From: a virus
Taxonomy: Duplodnaviria > Caudoviricetes
Virus record (IMG/VR): IMGVR_UViG_3300017754_004657
Location: 1-31,501 of that record
Reading direction: 5' to 3' (one strand)
DNA length: 31,501 nt
This document shows positions 1-9,427 of the stretch, in pieces. Position 1 is the stretch's first letter; each line of letters opens with the position of its first letter. The position numbers and the translations under genes are program-made. The notes below the pieces were generated by a model. It searched no databases. It was given only the letters and a program-made list of their open reading frames with translations, and was not told the origin of the DNA.

Positions 1-1
1 C

Positions 2-1489
2 GGTTCTTCAGGTACAGATGGTTCATCAGGAACTAGTGGCAGTTCAGGTTCTTCAGGAACATCAGGCACTGACGGTTCAAGTGGTACATCAGGTTCATCC
101 GGTACTTCAGGTTCATCCGGTACTTCAGGTGAAAACGGTACTTCAGGTTCATCCGGTACTTCTGGTTCATCCGGTACTTCAGGATCATCTGGTTCATCGG
201 GTACTTCAGGCTCTTCAGGTACAGATGGTTCATCTGGAACTTCAGGTTCATCTGGTTCTTCTGGTACTTCAGGATCATCTGGTTCATCGGGTACTTCAGG
301 ATCATCTGGTTCATCGGGCACTTCTGGTGAAAGTGGTTCATCAGGAACTTCTGGATCATCAGGCTCTTCAGGAACTAGTGGTTCAAGTGGTTCATCAGGT
401 ACCTCAGGTAATTCAGGTTCATCAGGTACCTCAGGTTCATCAGGTTCATCTGGTACTTCTGGTGTAAATGGTTCATCAGGTACTAGCGGTTCAAGTGGTT
501 CATCAGGTACTTCCGGTGAAAGTGGTTCGTCAGGTACTTCAGGTAGCTCAGGTTCATCAGGTACTTCTGGTTCAAGTGGTTCATCAGGTACTTCCGGTGA
601 AAGTGGTTCATCAGGAACATCTGGATCATCAGGTTCATCTGGTACTTCAGGTTCTAGTGGTTCATCAGGAACATCTGGATCATCAGGTTCATCAGGCACT
701 TCAGGTGAAAGCGGTTCGTCAGGTACTTCAGGTAGCTCAGGTTCATCAGGTACTTCAGGTAGTTCAGGCTCTTCAGGAACAAGTGGTTCAAGTGGTTCTT
801 CAGGAACTAGCGGAAGTTCAGGTTCTTCAGGAACAAGTGGTTCAAGTGGCTCATCAGGTACTTCAGGTTCATCAGGAACTTCAGGCTCAAGTGGTTCATC
901 AGGAACTTCAGGTTCATCAGGAACAAGTGGTTCAAGTGGCTCATCAGGTACTTCAGGTTCATCAGGAACAAGTGGTTCATCAGGTTCTTCAGGAACTAGT
1001 GGAAGTTCAGGAACATCAGGTTCAAGTGGCTCATCAGGAACTTCAGGTTCATCAGGAACATCAGGTTCAAGTGGCTCATCAGGAACTTCGGGTTCATCAG
1101 GTACATCTGGTTCTTCAGGCTCATCAGGTACTTCAGGCTCATCAGGTACATCTGGTTCTTCAGGATCATCAGGTACTTCAGGTTCATCTGGAACTTCAGG
1201 CTCAAGTGGTTCATCAGGTACTTCAGGTTCTTCAGGAACATCAGGTTCAAGTGGTTCTTCAGGTACCTCAGGTTCATCAGGAACATCAGGCTCAAGTGGT
1301 TCTTCAGGTACTTCAGGTTCATCAGGAACTAGCGGAAGTTCAGGTTCATCAGGAACATCTGGCTCATCAGGAACTAGTGGTTCTTCAGGTTCATCAGGAA
1401 CTAGTGGAAGTTCAGGTTCATCTGGTACTTCAGGTTCATCAGGAACATCTGGTTCAAGCGGAACTTCAGGCTCATCAGGTACTTCAGGT
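2..1489 (+). repeat. Coding 9-bp-period repeat, about 165 Gly-X-Y triplets (GSS, GTS; rare GTD/GEN/GES/GNS/GVN)
   Basis: ggt/gga + tca/act/tct + tca/tct/agt units with synonymous variation; Gly at every third codon wherever I read the frame. Confidence 0.95.
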
Positions 1490-1954
1490 TTATTAACACT
1501 AACTGGTAGTACAACTAATGGTGTAATAACTTATGATGGTAGTGGTACAAACGCAACTGTTGAATCTAATTTAACATTTGATAATACAGATGGTTTAAAA
1601 CTATTTGGAGACATTGCTTTTAAAGCTGGTAGTGAAACATGTGCTGATAATACCGCTACAACTGTTATAGGCTCAATTAGTACTACTACTTATACTGCAG
1701 TATTTATTGAATACGTAGTATATGGTGATAGTGGAGTCAATATTAGAAGAGCAGGTAATTTTAGAATGGTATTTACTCCTAATGACGATATAGTTTATGA
1801 CGAGACTACTACTACCGATACTACAGGAAATACTTCTAAAATAGCTTTAAGCGCTACTGCTGCTGGTGGAACCGCAGAGTTTGTAGTTACATTAACTGCT
1901 TTTGGAGACGATGCTGTAATAGTATATCTTGCAAAATTTATATATAACCAATAA
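2..1954 (+). CDS. 5'-partial fibre-like virion protein with a very long Gly-Ser/Thr (GSS/GTS) triplet repeat and a C-terminal beta-rich domain
   Basis: Frame +2 reads GSSGTDGSSGTSGSS... to 1489, then LLTLTGSTTNGVITYDGSGTNATVESNLTFD...AVFIEYVVYGDSGVNIRRAGNFRMVF...YNQ*. The 1766..1954 ORF in the track is its in-frame C-terminus; the start lies upstream of the window. Confidence 0.9.
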   Translation, partial: GSSGTDGSSGTSGSSGSSGTSGTDGSSGTSGSSGTSGSSGTSGENGTSGSSGTSGSSGTSGSSGSSGTSGSSGTDGSSGTSGSSGSSGTSGSSGSSGTSGSSGSSGTSGESGSSGTSGSSGSSGTSGSSGSSGTSGNSGSSGTSGSSGSSGTSGVNGSSGTSGSSGSSGTSGESGSSGTSGSSGSSGTSGSSGSSGTSGESGSSGTSGSSGSSGTSGSSGSSGTSGSSGSSGTSGESGSSGTSGSSGSSGTSGSSGSSGTSGSSGSSGTSGSSGSSGTSGSSGSSGTSGSSGTSGSSGSSGTSGSSGTSGSSGSSGTSGSSGTSGSSGSSGTSGSSGTSGSSGSSGTSGSSGTSGSSGSSGTSGSSGTSGSSGSSGTSGSSGTSGSSGSSGTSGSSGTSGSSGSSGTSGSSGTSGSSGSSGTSGSSGTSGSSGSSGTSGSSGTSGSSGSSGTSGSSGTSGSSGSSGTSGSSGSSGTSGSSGTSGSSGTSGSSGTSGLLTLTGSTTNGVITYDGSGTNATVESNLTFDNTDGLKLFGDIAFKAGSETCADNTATTVIGSISTTTYTAVFIEYVVYGDSGVNIRRAGNFRMVFTPNDDIVYDETTTTDTTGNTSKIALSATAAGGTAEFVVTLTAFGDDAVIVYLAKFIYNQ

Positions 1955-1977
1955 TATAAATTAATTTAAACATGAAG

Positions 1978-2009
1978 ATGTCTCAACATTTGTTGAGACA
2001 TTTTCTTTT
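1978..2009 (+). terminator. Rho-independent terminator
   Basis: Perfect inverted repeat ATGTCTCAACA-tt-TGTTGAGACAT followed by TTTCTTTT, just after the stop at 1954. Confidence 0.75.
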
Positions 2010-2011
2010 AG

Positions 2012-2020
2012 ATATGTATA
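2012..2020 (+). promoter_or_regulatory. Putative late-promoter motif ATAT(T/G)TAT(A), copy 1
   Basis: ATATGTATA immediately after the terminator; the same motif recurs in 11 gene junctions. Confidence 0.55.
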
Positions 2021-2054
2021 ATAAATAGAGTTTGGACAGTGAAAAACATCTAAT

Positions 2055-2759
2055 ATGGGGCAATTTGTAGTAAAAAATGGATTAATAGTTAGTGGTTCAG
2101 CTAATATAGGTGGTTCTATATATGCTACTAATCTTCCTACTGTAAGCCTTCCTAACTCTTATTTAGGATATTATACTTCATCAGGTGAAGTAGTAGCTGT
2201 AGATGATCCTTCAATACAAGTTCTTAATGAAGGAAATGATAGAATACTTCTTGTAAATGGTACAGGTAATTCTAAAGAAGTATATGCTAGTAGCTATAAT
2301 TATTTTGGAATAGCTTCTGATTATTGGTACCAATATCTAGGAATAGATGCCGAGGAGGGAGCTTTTACTATTGTTTCTGAAGATCCAATAGATAGTTCTT
2401 CAACTTTAATTATCTCGGGTCGTCAAAAATATATTTCTTCTACTTATGATGTTGCTGCTTCTAATACATCATTAGTTTATACAGATACTGTAGCTAATGG
2501 TTCTATAAAAATAGATTATGTAGTTATGAATGGTAGTAGAAGTAAATTAAGAACTGGAACATTAAGAGCTACTTGGGATAGTACTACAGTAGTTGATAAT
2601 GAAACCTCTGTAACATCTATAGGTGCTACTAAAGATTACGTATTTAGTTGGAGTATTGCTGGATCGAATGTGCAATTAACTTTTGAAAACAATTACACAA
2701 CCTCTCCAGCTGATGATGCTATATTAACTTTTAAACTTTCAAGAGTAGTTGCTTCATAA
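2055..2759 (+). CDS. Putative virion fibre/appendage protein, short paralog 1
   Basis: N-terminus MGQFVVKNGLIVSG and C-terminal motif IKIDYVVMNGSRSKLRTGTLRATW are shared with neighbouring genes; S/T/G/N-rich. Confidence 0.7.
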   Translation: MGQFVVKNGLIVSGSANIGGSIYATNLPTVSLPNSYLGYYTSSGEVVAVDDPSIQVLNEGNDRILLVNGTGNSKEVYASSYNYFGIASDYWYQYLGIDAEEGAFTIVSEDPIDSSSTLIISGRQKYISSTYDVAASNTSLVYTDTVANGSIKIDYVVMNGSRSKLRTGTLRATWDSTTVVDNETSVTSIGATKDYVFSWSIAGSNVQLTFENNYTTSPADDAILTFKLSRVVAS

Positions 2760-2762
2760 CAT

Positions 2763-3455
2763 ATGGCTGAAGAATTTAAAATATTAGAAGGTATAATATC
2801 AAAAGGAACATCTTCCTTTCAAAGTACTATTTTTGCCCCAGGATTAGGATCTTCTTTACAAGAATTTGCTTTAGGATTAAATAATGGAGAAATAGTAGTA
2901 ACAGATGTTCCTTCTAATACTATAAGTGCTAATACTTTAGGATTTATTGCTACATCTGTAGGAGGGGGTGATAATATAACAGGAGAACCAAAATTTCGAA
3001 CCTCAGGATCAACAAATACAGGCTATACTTCTCTTTCAGGATCTATTTCATTTACAGTAAATTCAACTTTTGAACCTAACACTAATATATTAGTTTCAGG
3101 ATCATCCGTCAGTAATAGTTCTTCGGTTACTTTATTTGAAATTACCGGAAGTAATACTTTAACTCCTGGATTTGATGCTCTTACTATGGATTATGTAATT
3201 CATAATGCAGCTCGTACTAAAACAGTATTTGGAACTTTACAAGCAGGATGGGGTGGTTCTACTAACCCTTCAGGATTTCAAAAATTAGAAACAAGAACTA
3301 CAGGTATAAGTTTACCTACATCTCAGTTTGTGTTAGATGTAACAACTGGTGCATCTACAGTTGCTGGAGCTAGAGTTATAGCTACTAACACTGCAGGTGA
3401 AACTATGTACATAACTTATGAAAGAACTTTGTTAGGTACTGATAATAATATTTAA
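2763..3455 (+). CDS. Putative virion fibre/appendage protein, short paralog 2
   Basis: N-terminus MAEEFKILEGIISKG; C-terminal motif LTMDYVIHNAARTKTVFGTLQAGW. Confidence 0.7.
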   Translation: MAEEFKILEGIISKGTSSFQSTIFAPGLGSSLQEFALGLNNGEIVVTDVPSNTISANTLGFIATSVGGGDNITGEPKFRTSGSTNTGYTSLSGSISFTVNSTFEPNTNILVSGSSVSNSSSVTLFEITGSNTLTPGFDALTMDYVIHNAARTKTVFGTLQAGWGGSTNPSGFQKLETRTTGISLPTSQFVLDVTTGASTVAGARVIATNTAGETMYITYERTLLGTDNNI

Positions 3456-3460
3456 TTTGT

Positions 3461-4198
3461 ATGGCTAACGAATTTATAATAAAAAATGGACTTATAGTAA
3501 GTGGGGAAACCCCTGAAAACGTTTTTTCAAGTTCAATGTTAGCCCCTAATATTACTGATGTAGGGACTACATATCCTCAACATTATGTATTATTTAATAA
3601 TACTACTAAACAATGGTTTTTTTATACTGGAAGTTTTGTATCTTTTATTGTAAATACCCCTATTAGAAACGCTATTGTAACTACAACGGGAACTAACAAT
3701 TTATCAGGAACTACTAATAATGGAAGTGGAGACATTGACACTTCTCTCCTTTCATTCAACTCAGTAGTTGATAATTCTACCCCTGGAAGTGGATTTATAC
3801 AAACTCTTTACTTTGATAATAGCCCTTCTACAGCTCCTGTTGTAACATATTGGTACCCTACTGAAGTAAACGTTGCTCCCAATACCACTAATGCTAGTAT
3901 TTTTACTAACGTAAGTGATACAGTATATGATGGAATGTATATAGAATATTTAATCAGAAATGTAGGAGGTACTACTTTAAGAAGAACAGGAGTTCTCAGA
4001 GCTTCTTGGAATAGAAGTACAAGTTCGTCTTTTGTAGATGTTGCTGCTCCCTCTATTGGTAATGTAGACGCTCAATTAACTTTTAATATTAATAAAACTG
4101 CAGGTAATGTTCAATTAAGAGCTACTGCAACCTCTACTTTAAGTTCAACAGTTAAAATTACTTGTGCTGTAAAATTATTCAGTACTAATATAGCTTAA
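3461..4198 (+). CDS. Putative virion fibre/appendage protein, short paralog 3
   Basis: N-terminus MANEFIIKNGLIVSG; C-terminal motif MYIEYLIRNVGGTTLRRTGVLRASW. Confidence 0.7.
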   Translation: MANEFIIKNGLIVSGETPENVFSSSMLAPNITDVGTTYPQHYVLFNNTTKQWFFYTGSFVSFIVNTPIRNAIVTTTGTNNLSGTTNNGSGDIDTSLLSFNSVVDNSTPGSGFIQTLYFDNSPSTAPVVTYWYPTEVNVAPNTTNASIFTNVSDTVYDGMYIEYLIRNVGGTTLRRTGVLRASWNRSTSSSFVDVAAPSIGNVDAQLTFNINKTAGNVQLRATATSTLSSTVKITCAVKLFSTNIA

Positions 4199-4206
4199 TA
4201 TGTATA
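4198..4206 (+). promoter_or_regulatory. Putative late-promoter motif
   Basis: ATATGTATA overlapping the upstream stop codon, 13 nt before ATG 4220. Confidence 0.5.
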
Positions 4207-4219
4207 ATAAAATATAACC

Positions 4220-4663
4220 ATGGGAAATTTAGTAATAGTTGGTGGAGGTATAACAATTGAAGCAGAAGCAGGTTCTCCTGTTACTTCTACTTTTGATACT
4301 TTAGATGCCACTGAAATTAATGGTGAAGTTAAAAACTTTGATATTGAACATCCTACCAAAGAAGGTTGGAGACTTCGTTACAGTGTCCTTGAAGGACCCG
4401 AAAGAGGTATGTATATTAGAGGTAAAGTAGAAGGTAATGGAGTTATTACTTTACCTGATTACTGGGAAAGCTTAGTAGTAGAAAATAGTATAACTGTTCA
4501 ATTAACACCCATTGGAAATTCGTGTACTCACTACGTAAATTCGGTATCAAATAGTGAAATCACCATAGGTTGCACTTGTGGAGAAGTAAACGCTTACTAC
4601 GTGGTATTTGCTGAAAGAAAACATAAAAATCCATTAGTTGTAGAATACCAAATTGTATCCTAA
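4220..4663 (+). CDS. Stand-alone phage fibre C-terminal (possibly chaperone-like) domain protein
   Basis: KNFDIEHPTKEGWRLRYSVLEGPERGMYIRG...ITLPDYW...ITVQLTPIG...YYVVFAERK, a signature I recall from the C-termini of phage tail-fibre proteins. Confidence 0.6.
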   Translation: MGNLVIVGGGITIEAEAGSPVTSTFDTLDATEINGEVKNFDIEHPTKEGWRLRYSVLEGPERGMYIRGKVEGNGVITLPDYWESLVVENSITVQLTPIGNSCTHYVNSVSNSEITIGCTCGEVNAYYVVFAERKHKNPLVVEYQIVS

Positions 4664-4684
4664 TACCTCTCAAAACACAGGTAA

Positions 4685-7027
4685 ATGGCTAAAAATATAA
4701 CAATCACCCCCGAATCAGCAAGCATTAGGTTTGAGAATGATACAGATATCTTTGATATCTCTTTTAATTCATCAAATGCTTTAATTTTTGGTTCAGGTAG
4801 TGGTGTTAGTTTATCAATAAGTAGAAGTATAGTTGATATTCCTAATACTAATACTTTTAAAATCCCAGTATCAGGTTCTTTCCCTCCTAATCCACCTTAT
4901 GGCTCTATTCGTTTTGACGATGAAAGTAGTAATGTATTAATATACAGTGATAATGGAATTGTTGTAGGTGGTGAAAAAGGTGAAAAAGGTGCTACAGGTG
5001 CACCTGGTATTATAGGCCCCAAAGGTGAAAAAGGAGCTACAGGAGAACAAGGTATTCAAGGCCCACAAGGTCCTATTGGTCCCAAAGGTGAAATAGGTCA
5101 AAAAGGAGAACAAGGAAGTAAAGGAGATACAGGTATACAAGGTCCTAAAGGAGTTGTAGGTGCCCAAGGCCCTATTGGTACTAAAGGTAATACAGGTGCT
5201 CCTGGTGTTATAGGTCCAAAAGGAGATAAAGGAGTTGTAGGTGCCCCTGGTACACAAGGTCCACAAGGACCTATTGGTACTAAAGGAGAAAAAGGCCCAA
5301 CAGGTGCTCCTGGTCCTGTAGGAGAAAAAGGTCTTACAGGTGAACCAGGTGTTCAAGGGCCAATCGGACCTAAGGGTCCTAAATCAATAGATAGTGGAGA
5401 CAGAGGAGCTCCAGGAACAATTGGTCCTAAAGGACCAACAGGTGCTCAAGGTCCTATTGGTCCTAAGGGTTCTACAGGTGTTCCCGGAGCTATAGGAGAT
5501 AATGGTCCTGTTGGTGCTCCTGGTATTTTAGGTAATACTGGTGCTACTGGTGCACCTGGTCCTACAGGTGTTCCCGGTGCTATAGGTACTAAAGGTGCTA
5601 CAGGTGCTCCTGGAGAAACAGGACTAGTAGGTAATAAAGGACCACAAGGTCCTAAAGGTACACAAGGTGATCCTGGTGCTAAAGGAGTACAAGGTCCTAC
5701 TGGTCCTAAAGGAAATAAAGGTTCAACTGGTGCTCAAGGTCCTACAGGCCCAAAAGGTAATACAGGCTCTCAAGGAGATACAGGACTTAGCGGAGATAGA
5801 GGCCCAGATGGAGGTCCTGGTGCTGTAGGATCTCAAGGTCCTAAAGGTACACAAGGTCCTACAGGTCCCGGAGGTGCTAAAGGTCCTACAGGTGCACCTG
5901 GTCCTATTGGTCCAGGTGGTTCAGGAGGGGCTACAGGTGCAACAGGTGCACCTGGTCCCGTAGGTCCTAAAGGAAATAAAGGAGCTCAAGGAGTTCCTGG
6001 TAGTATAGGAGCTAAAGGTCCTACTGGTTCTCAAGGCCCAACAGGTGCCTTAGGAGCCAAAGGACCAACTGGTGCTCCAGGAGCAGTTGGTGCCAAAGGT
6101 CCAGTAGGTAACCCAGGTGCTACAGGAGGTCCTGGAGCAGGAGGTGCACAAGGTCCTACAGGAGCAACAGGTCCAGCAGGTGCTGCTGGAGCTCCGGGCG
6201 CTGTAGGTCCAACTGGTCCTGCTGGCGCTAAAGGCCCACAAGGAGCTACAGGACCAGGTGGTCAAAAAGGTGACACAGGTGCTACAGGTAATCCTGGAGT
6301 TGGTGGAGCTCCCGGACAAAAAGGTCCTCAAGGTCCTACAGGTCCCGGTGGTGCTAAAGGTCCACAAGGAGCTACAGGCCCAGGAGGTGCTAAAGGTCCT
6401 ATTGGTGGTCCTGGCCCAGGAGGTGCCCAAGGTCCTAAAGGAGGACAAGGTCCTACTGGTCCTACAGGTGCACCAGGTCCTGTTGGAGCTCCTGGTCCTA
6501 TAGGTCCTACAGGAGCTAAAGGCCCTCAAGGTATTACAGGTGCTCCTGGTCCAGCTGGAGGTCAAGGCCCTAAAGGAGGACAAGGTCCTACAGGTCCTAC
6601 AGGCGGTCAGGGTCCTACTGGTGCTCCTGGTCCAATTGGTCCTGCTGCAGCTCAAGGTCCAACTGGCGCTCCTGGTCCTATTGGTGGACCAGGTGGTGGT
6701 GGTGCTCAAGGTCCTATAGGCCCAGCAAATGGTAGTGAAGCTCCTCAAGGTCCTACAGGACCTCAAGGTCCTACAGGTCCAATTGGTAATCCTGGTGGTA
6801 GTCCTACAGGAGCTCAAGGCCCAACTGGTGCCCCAGGTCCAGTTGGAGGTACAGGCGCCCCAGGTGCACCGGGTGCCGTAGGAGCACAAGGTCCCAAAGG
6901 TGTTCAAGGTCCAGGAACTGGCGAAAATTTTAATGGTGATATTTATATTGAATATCCAACTTCTCAAGTAGCAACTATTGTTATATCCGATGGATTATAC
7001 ACTAATTTTACAGTATTCACACTCTAA
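4685..7027 (+). CDS. Collagen-like protein 1 (780 aa)
   Basis: About 95-aa N-domain ([16 protein letters not shown]), Gly-X-Y from about 4970 to 6916 (about 649 aa, few interruptions), short C-terminal tail. Confidence 0.95.
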   Translation: MAKNITITPESASIRFENDTDIFDISFNSSNALIFGSGSGVSLSISRSIVDIPNTNTFKIPVSGSFPPNPPYGSIRFDDESSNVLIYSDNGIVVGGEKGEKGATGAPGIIGPKGEKGATGEQGIQGPQGPIGPKGEIGQKGEQGSKGDTGIQGPKGVVGAQGPIGTKGNTGAPGVIGPKGDKGVVGAPGTQGPQGPIGTKGEKGPTGAPGPVGEKGLTGEPGVQGPIGPKGPKSIDSGDRGAPGTIGPKGPTGAQGPIGPKGSTGVPGAIGDNGPVGAPGILGNTGATGAPGPTGVPGAIGTKGATGAPGETGLVGNKGPQGPKGTQGDPGAKGVQGPTGPKGNKGSTGAQGPTGPKGNTGSQGDTGLSGDRGPDGGPGAVGSQGPKGTQGPTGPGGAKGPTGAPGPIGPGGSGGATGATGAPGPVGPKGNKGAQGVPGSIGAKGPTGSQGPTGALGAKGPTGAPGAVGAKGPVGNPGATGGPGAGGAQGPTGATGPAGAAGAPGAVGPTGPAGAKGPQGATGPGGQKGDTGATGNPGVGGAPGQKGPQGPTGPGGAKGPQGATGPGGAKGPIGGPGPGGAQGPKGGQGPTGPTGAPGPVGAPGPIGPTGAKGPQGITGAPGPAGGQGPKGGQGPTGPTGGQGPTGAPGPIGPAAAQGPTGAPGPIGGPGGGGAQGPIGPANGSEAPQGPTGPQGPTGPIGNPGGSPTGAQGPTGAPGPVGGTGAPGAPGAVGAQGPKGVQGPGTGENFNGDIYIEYPTSQVATIVISDGLYTNFTVFTL
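6386..6486 (+). repeat. 101-bp exact direct repeat, copy A (copy B at 8842-8942)
   Basis: ggtgctaaaggtcctattggtggtcctggcccagg...caccaggtcctgttgg is identical in collagen genes 1 and 2, including synonymous positions. Confidence 0.9.
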
Positions 7028-7035
7028 TATTTATG
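7027..7035 (+). promoter_or_regulatory. Putative late-promoter motif
   Basis: ATATTTATG overlapping the stop of collagen 1, 9 nt before ATG 7045. Confidence 0.45.
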
Positions 7036-7044
7036 ATAGATTAA

Positions 7045-9414
7045 ATGGCTAATACAGTAAGAATAATCCCAGAATCAGGAAGCATAACATTTGCTAGAGG
7101 ACTTGATAATATAAGTTCTTCTTTAGCACCTGCTATAGCTAGTGGTCTTACTGCTCAGTTAGAAACTGATTCGTCTGGAAGTCTTATTATTGTATCAAGT
7201 AGTGTTGATTTAGTTAAATTTACTGGATCTGGTTCAGCAGCTATACTTTTAGATAACTCCGCAGTATTTAAAATCCCCCAAGAAACTGCAACTCCCCCCG
7301 GAGCTGCTATTGGAACTTTGTTTATTAATACAACCGCAAATCGTATTCAAGCTATTGGTAGTGGAGGAGCAGTTGATGTATCTGGAGAAAAAGGACAAAA
7401 AGGAGAACAAGGAACACAAGGTCCTGTTGGTCCTAAAGGTCAAAAAGGAGATTCAGGTGCTACTGGAATTCAAGGTCCTCAAGGTCCTACAGGTCCTAAA
7501 GGATCAATAGGTCTTGAAGGTCCTAAAGGAGATACCGGTGCTCCTGGCATTATAGGGCCTAAAGGAGATACTGGTATTCAAGGTCCAGTTGGTCCTAAAG
7601 GAAATACAGGAGCACAAGGTCCTGCTGGTCCTAAAGGTCAAAAAGGTGAAATTGGTGGACAAGGTCCACAAGGTACTCAAGGTCCTGTAGGACCTAAAGG
7701 TCAAAAAGGTGATACAGGTTTACAGGGCCCTAAAGGAGGAAGTGGTGCAACCGGAGCTCCAGGAACACAAGGACCAAATGGTCCACAAGGTGACGCAGGA
7801 GATATAGGAGCTCCTGGATTCCAAGGACCTGTAGGTCCTAAAGGAGATACTGGTTCTCAAGGTCCTACTGGCCCTAAAGGAGATACTGGTTCTCAAGGTC
7901 CTACTGGCCCTAAAGGCCCAACAGGTTCCCAAGGTCCTACTGGCCCTAAAGGTCAAACTGGTCCTAAAGGAGATACAGGGGCACAAGGCCCTGTAGGCCC
8001 TAAAGGAAATACTGGTTCACCTGGTGACCCAGGTTCTACAGGTGCTCCTGGTCCTATTGGTATAGATGGAGAAAAAGGAAATACTGGTGGTCCTGGTCCT
8101 TTAGGAGCTACTGGTCCTAAAGGAGATACGGGTGCTACCGGAGGAGGTGGACCTACAGGCCCAGTTGGAGCCCCAGGTTCTATAGGTCCTAAAGGACCTA
8201 CAGGAGCACCTGGTAATAACGGTGCTCAAGGGCCAAAAGGATCACAAGGTAATAAAGGACCACAAGGTGCTAAAGGTCCTACAGGTCCTAAAGGAAATAC
8301 AGGAGGACAAGGTCCAACAGGTCCTAAAGGACCTACAGGAGGTCCTGGAGCTAATGGAGCACAAGGTCCAACTGGAAGTGGAGGAGATACCGGAGCTCCG
8401 GGTTCACAAGGTCCTACAGGTCCTAAAGGAAATACCGGATCTTTAGGTGCACCTGGAGCTATAGGCCCTAAAGGAAATACAGGAGGACAAGGTCCTACTG
8501 GTGCCCCAGGACCTATTGGTGCTGTTGGTCCTACAGGAATTCAAGGCCCAAAAGGCCCAGTAGGAGCAACAGGTCCAACTGGTCCTAAAGGAACTACAGG
8601 TTTACAAGGTCCAAGAGGAGCTACAGGTCCAACAGGCGCCCCAGGTCCTATTGGTTCACCCGGTTCTATTGGAGCTACAGGTGCGCCCGGTGCTGTTGGT
8701 TCACAAGGTCCTACAGGCCCTCCCGGAGCAAAAGGTCCACAAGGTGCTACAGGTCCAACTGGCGCTCCCGGTCCTATTGGTGCTACCGGTCCAACTGGCG
8801 CCCCCGGTCCTATAGGTCCTACAGGTAATCCTGGTGGTGGTGGTGCTAAAGGTCCTATTGGTGGTCCTGGCCCAGGAGGTGCCCAAGGTCCTAAAGGAGG
8901 ACAAGGTCCTACTGGTCCTACAGGTGCACCAGGTCCTGTTGGTGCTCCTGGTCCTACAGGCAATCCCGGAACCGGAGGTGCTAAAGGTCCAATTGGTGGT
9001 ACTGGTGGTCCTGGTCCTGGAGGTGCAAAAGGTGTACAAGGTCCTACTTCTCCACAAGGCTCACCCGGTGCTAAAGGTCCACAAGGTCCTACAGGCCCTC
9101 CAGGAGCTAAAGGTCCTATAGGATCACCTGGTCCTGCTGGTCCTATTGGTGGTATAGGTGCTAAAGGTCCTATTGGTGCTCCTGGTCCTATAGGCCCTGC
9201 GGGTGCTATTGGAGCTAAAGGCCCCATAGGTAGTCCTGGTCCACAAGGACCTGCAGGTGCTGAAACTCCTGGTCCTACAGGTGCCCAAGGTCCTAAAGGT
9301 CCACAAGGAGCAAAAGGTCCAGCCTATACAACAGGATTTAGTGGTGCTGCTACTTGGGGTGGATTTAAAGGCGGAACTATATCATTTAGTGCAGGATATG
9401 CTATTAGTGCTTAA
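7045..9414 (+). CDS. Collagen-like protein 2 (789 aa)
   Basis: N-domain [16 protein letters not shown]; Gly-X-Y from about 7384 to 9324 (about 647 aa). Confidence 0.95.
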   Translation: MANTVRIIPESGSITFARGLDNISSSLAPAIASGLTAQLETDSSGSLIIVSSSVDLVKFTGSGSAAILLDNSAVFKIPQETATPPGAAIGTLFINTTANRIQAIGSGGAVDVSGEKGQKGEQGTQGPVGPKGQKGDSGATGIQGPQGPTGPKGSIGLEGPKGDTGAPGIIGPKGDTGIQGPVGPKGNTGAQGPAGPKGQKGEIGGQGPQGTQGPVGPKGQKGDTGLQGPKGGSGATGAPGTQGPNGPQGDAGDIGAPGFQGPVGPKGDTGSQGPTGPKGDTGSQGPTGPKGPTGSQGPTGPKGQTGPKGDTGAQGPVGPKGNTGSPGDPGSTGAPGPIGIDGEKGNTGGPGPLGATGPKGDTGATGGGGPTGPVGAPGSIGPKGPTGAPGNNGAQGPKGSQGNKGPQGAKGPTGPKGNTGGQGPTGPKGPTGGPGANGAQGPTGSGGDTGAPGSQGPTGPKGNTGSLGAPGAIGPKGNTGGQGPTGAPGPIGAVGPTGIQGPKGPVGATGPTGPKGTTGLQGPRGATGPTGAPGPIGSPGSIGATGAPGAVGSQGPTGPPGAKGPQGATGPTGAPGPIGATGPTGAPGPIGPTGNPGGGGAKGPIGGPGPGGAQGPKGGQGPTGPTGAPGPVGAPGPTGNPGTGGAKGPIGGTGGPGPGGAKGVQGPTSPQGSPGAKGPQGPTGPPGAKGPIGSPGPAGPIGGIGAKGPIGAPGPIGPAGAIGAKGPIGSPGPQGPAGAETPGPTGAQGPKGPQGAKGPAYTTGFSGAATWGGFKGGTISFSAGYAISA
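7837..7952 (+). repeat. 36-bp in-frame tandem repeat (2 perfect copies + 1 degenerate), unit [12 protein letters not shown]
   Basis: cctaaaggagatactggttctcaaggtcctactggc at 7837 and 7873, variant at 7909. Confidence 0.85.
8842..8942 (+). repeat. 101-bp exact direct repeat, copy B
   Basis: Identical to 6386-6486. Confidence 0.9.
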
Positions 9415-9422
9415 TATTTATA
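9414..9422 (+). promoter_or_regulatory. Putative late-promoter motif
   Basis: ATATTTATA overlapping the stop of collagen 2, 5 nt before ATG 9428. Confidence 0.5.
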
Positions 9423-9427
9423 ATTAA

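Noticed and set aside
18-1496. V/H/Q/L-rich ORFs 18..467 and 468..1496, and minus-strand ORFs 33..359 and 996..1322
   Set aside because: Off-frame shadows of the GSS/GTS repeat. The real frame is +2, which continues into a globular domain homologous to the neighbouring genes.
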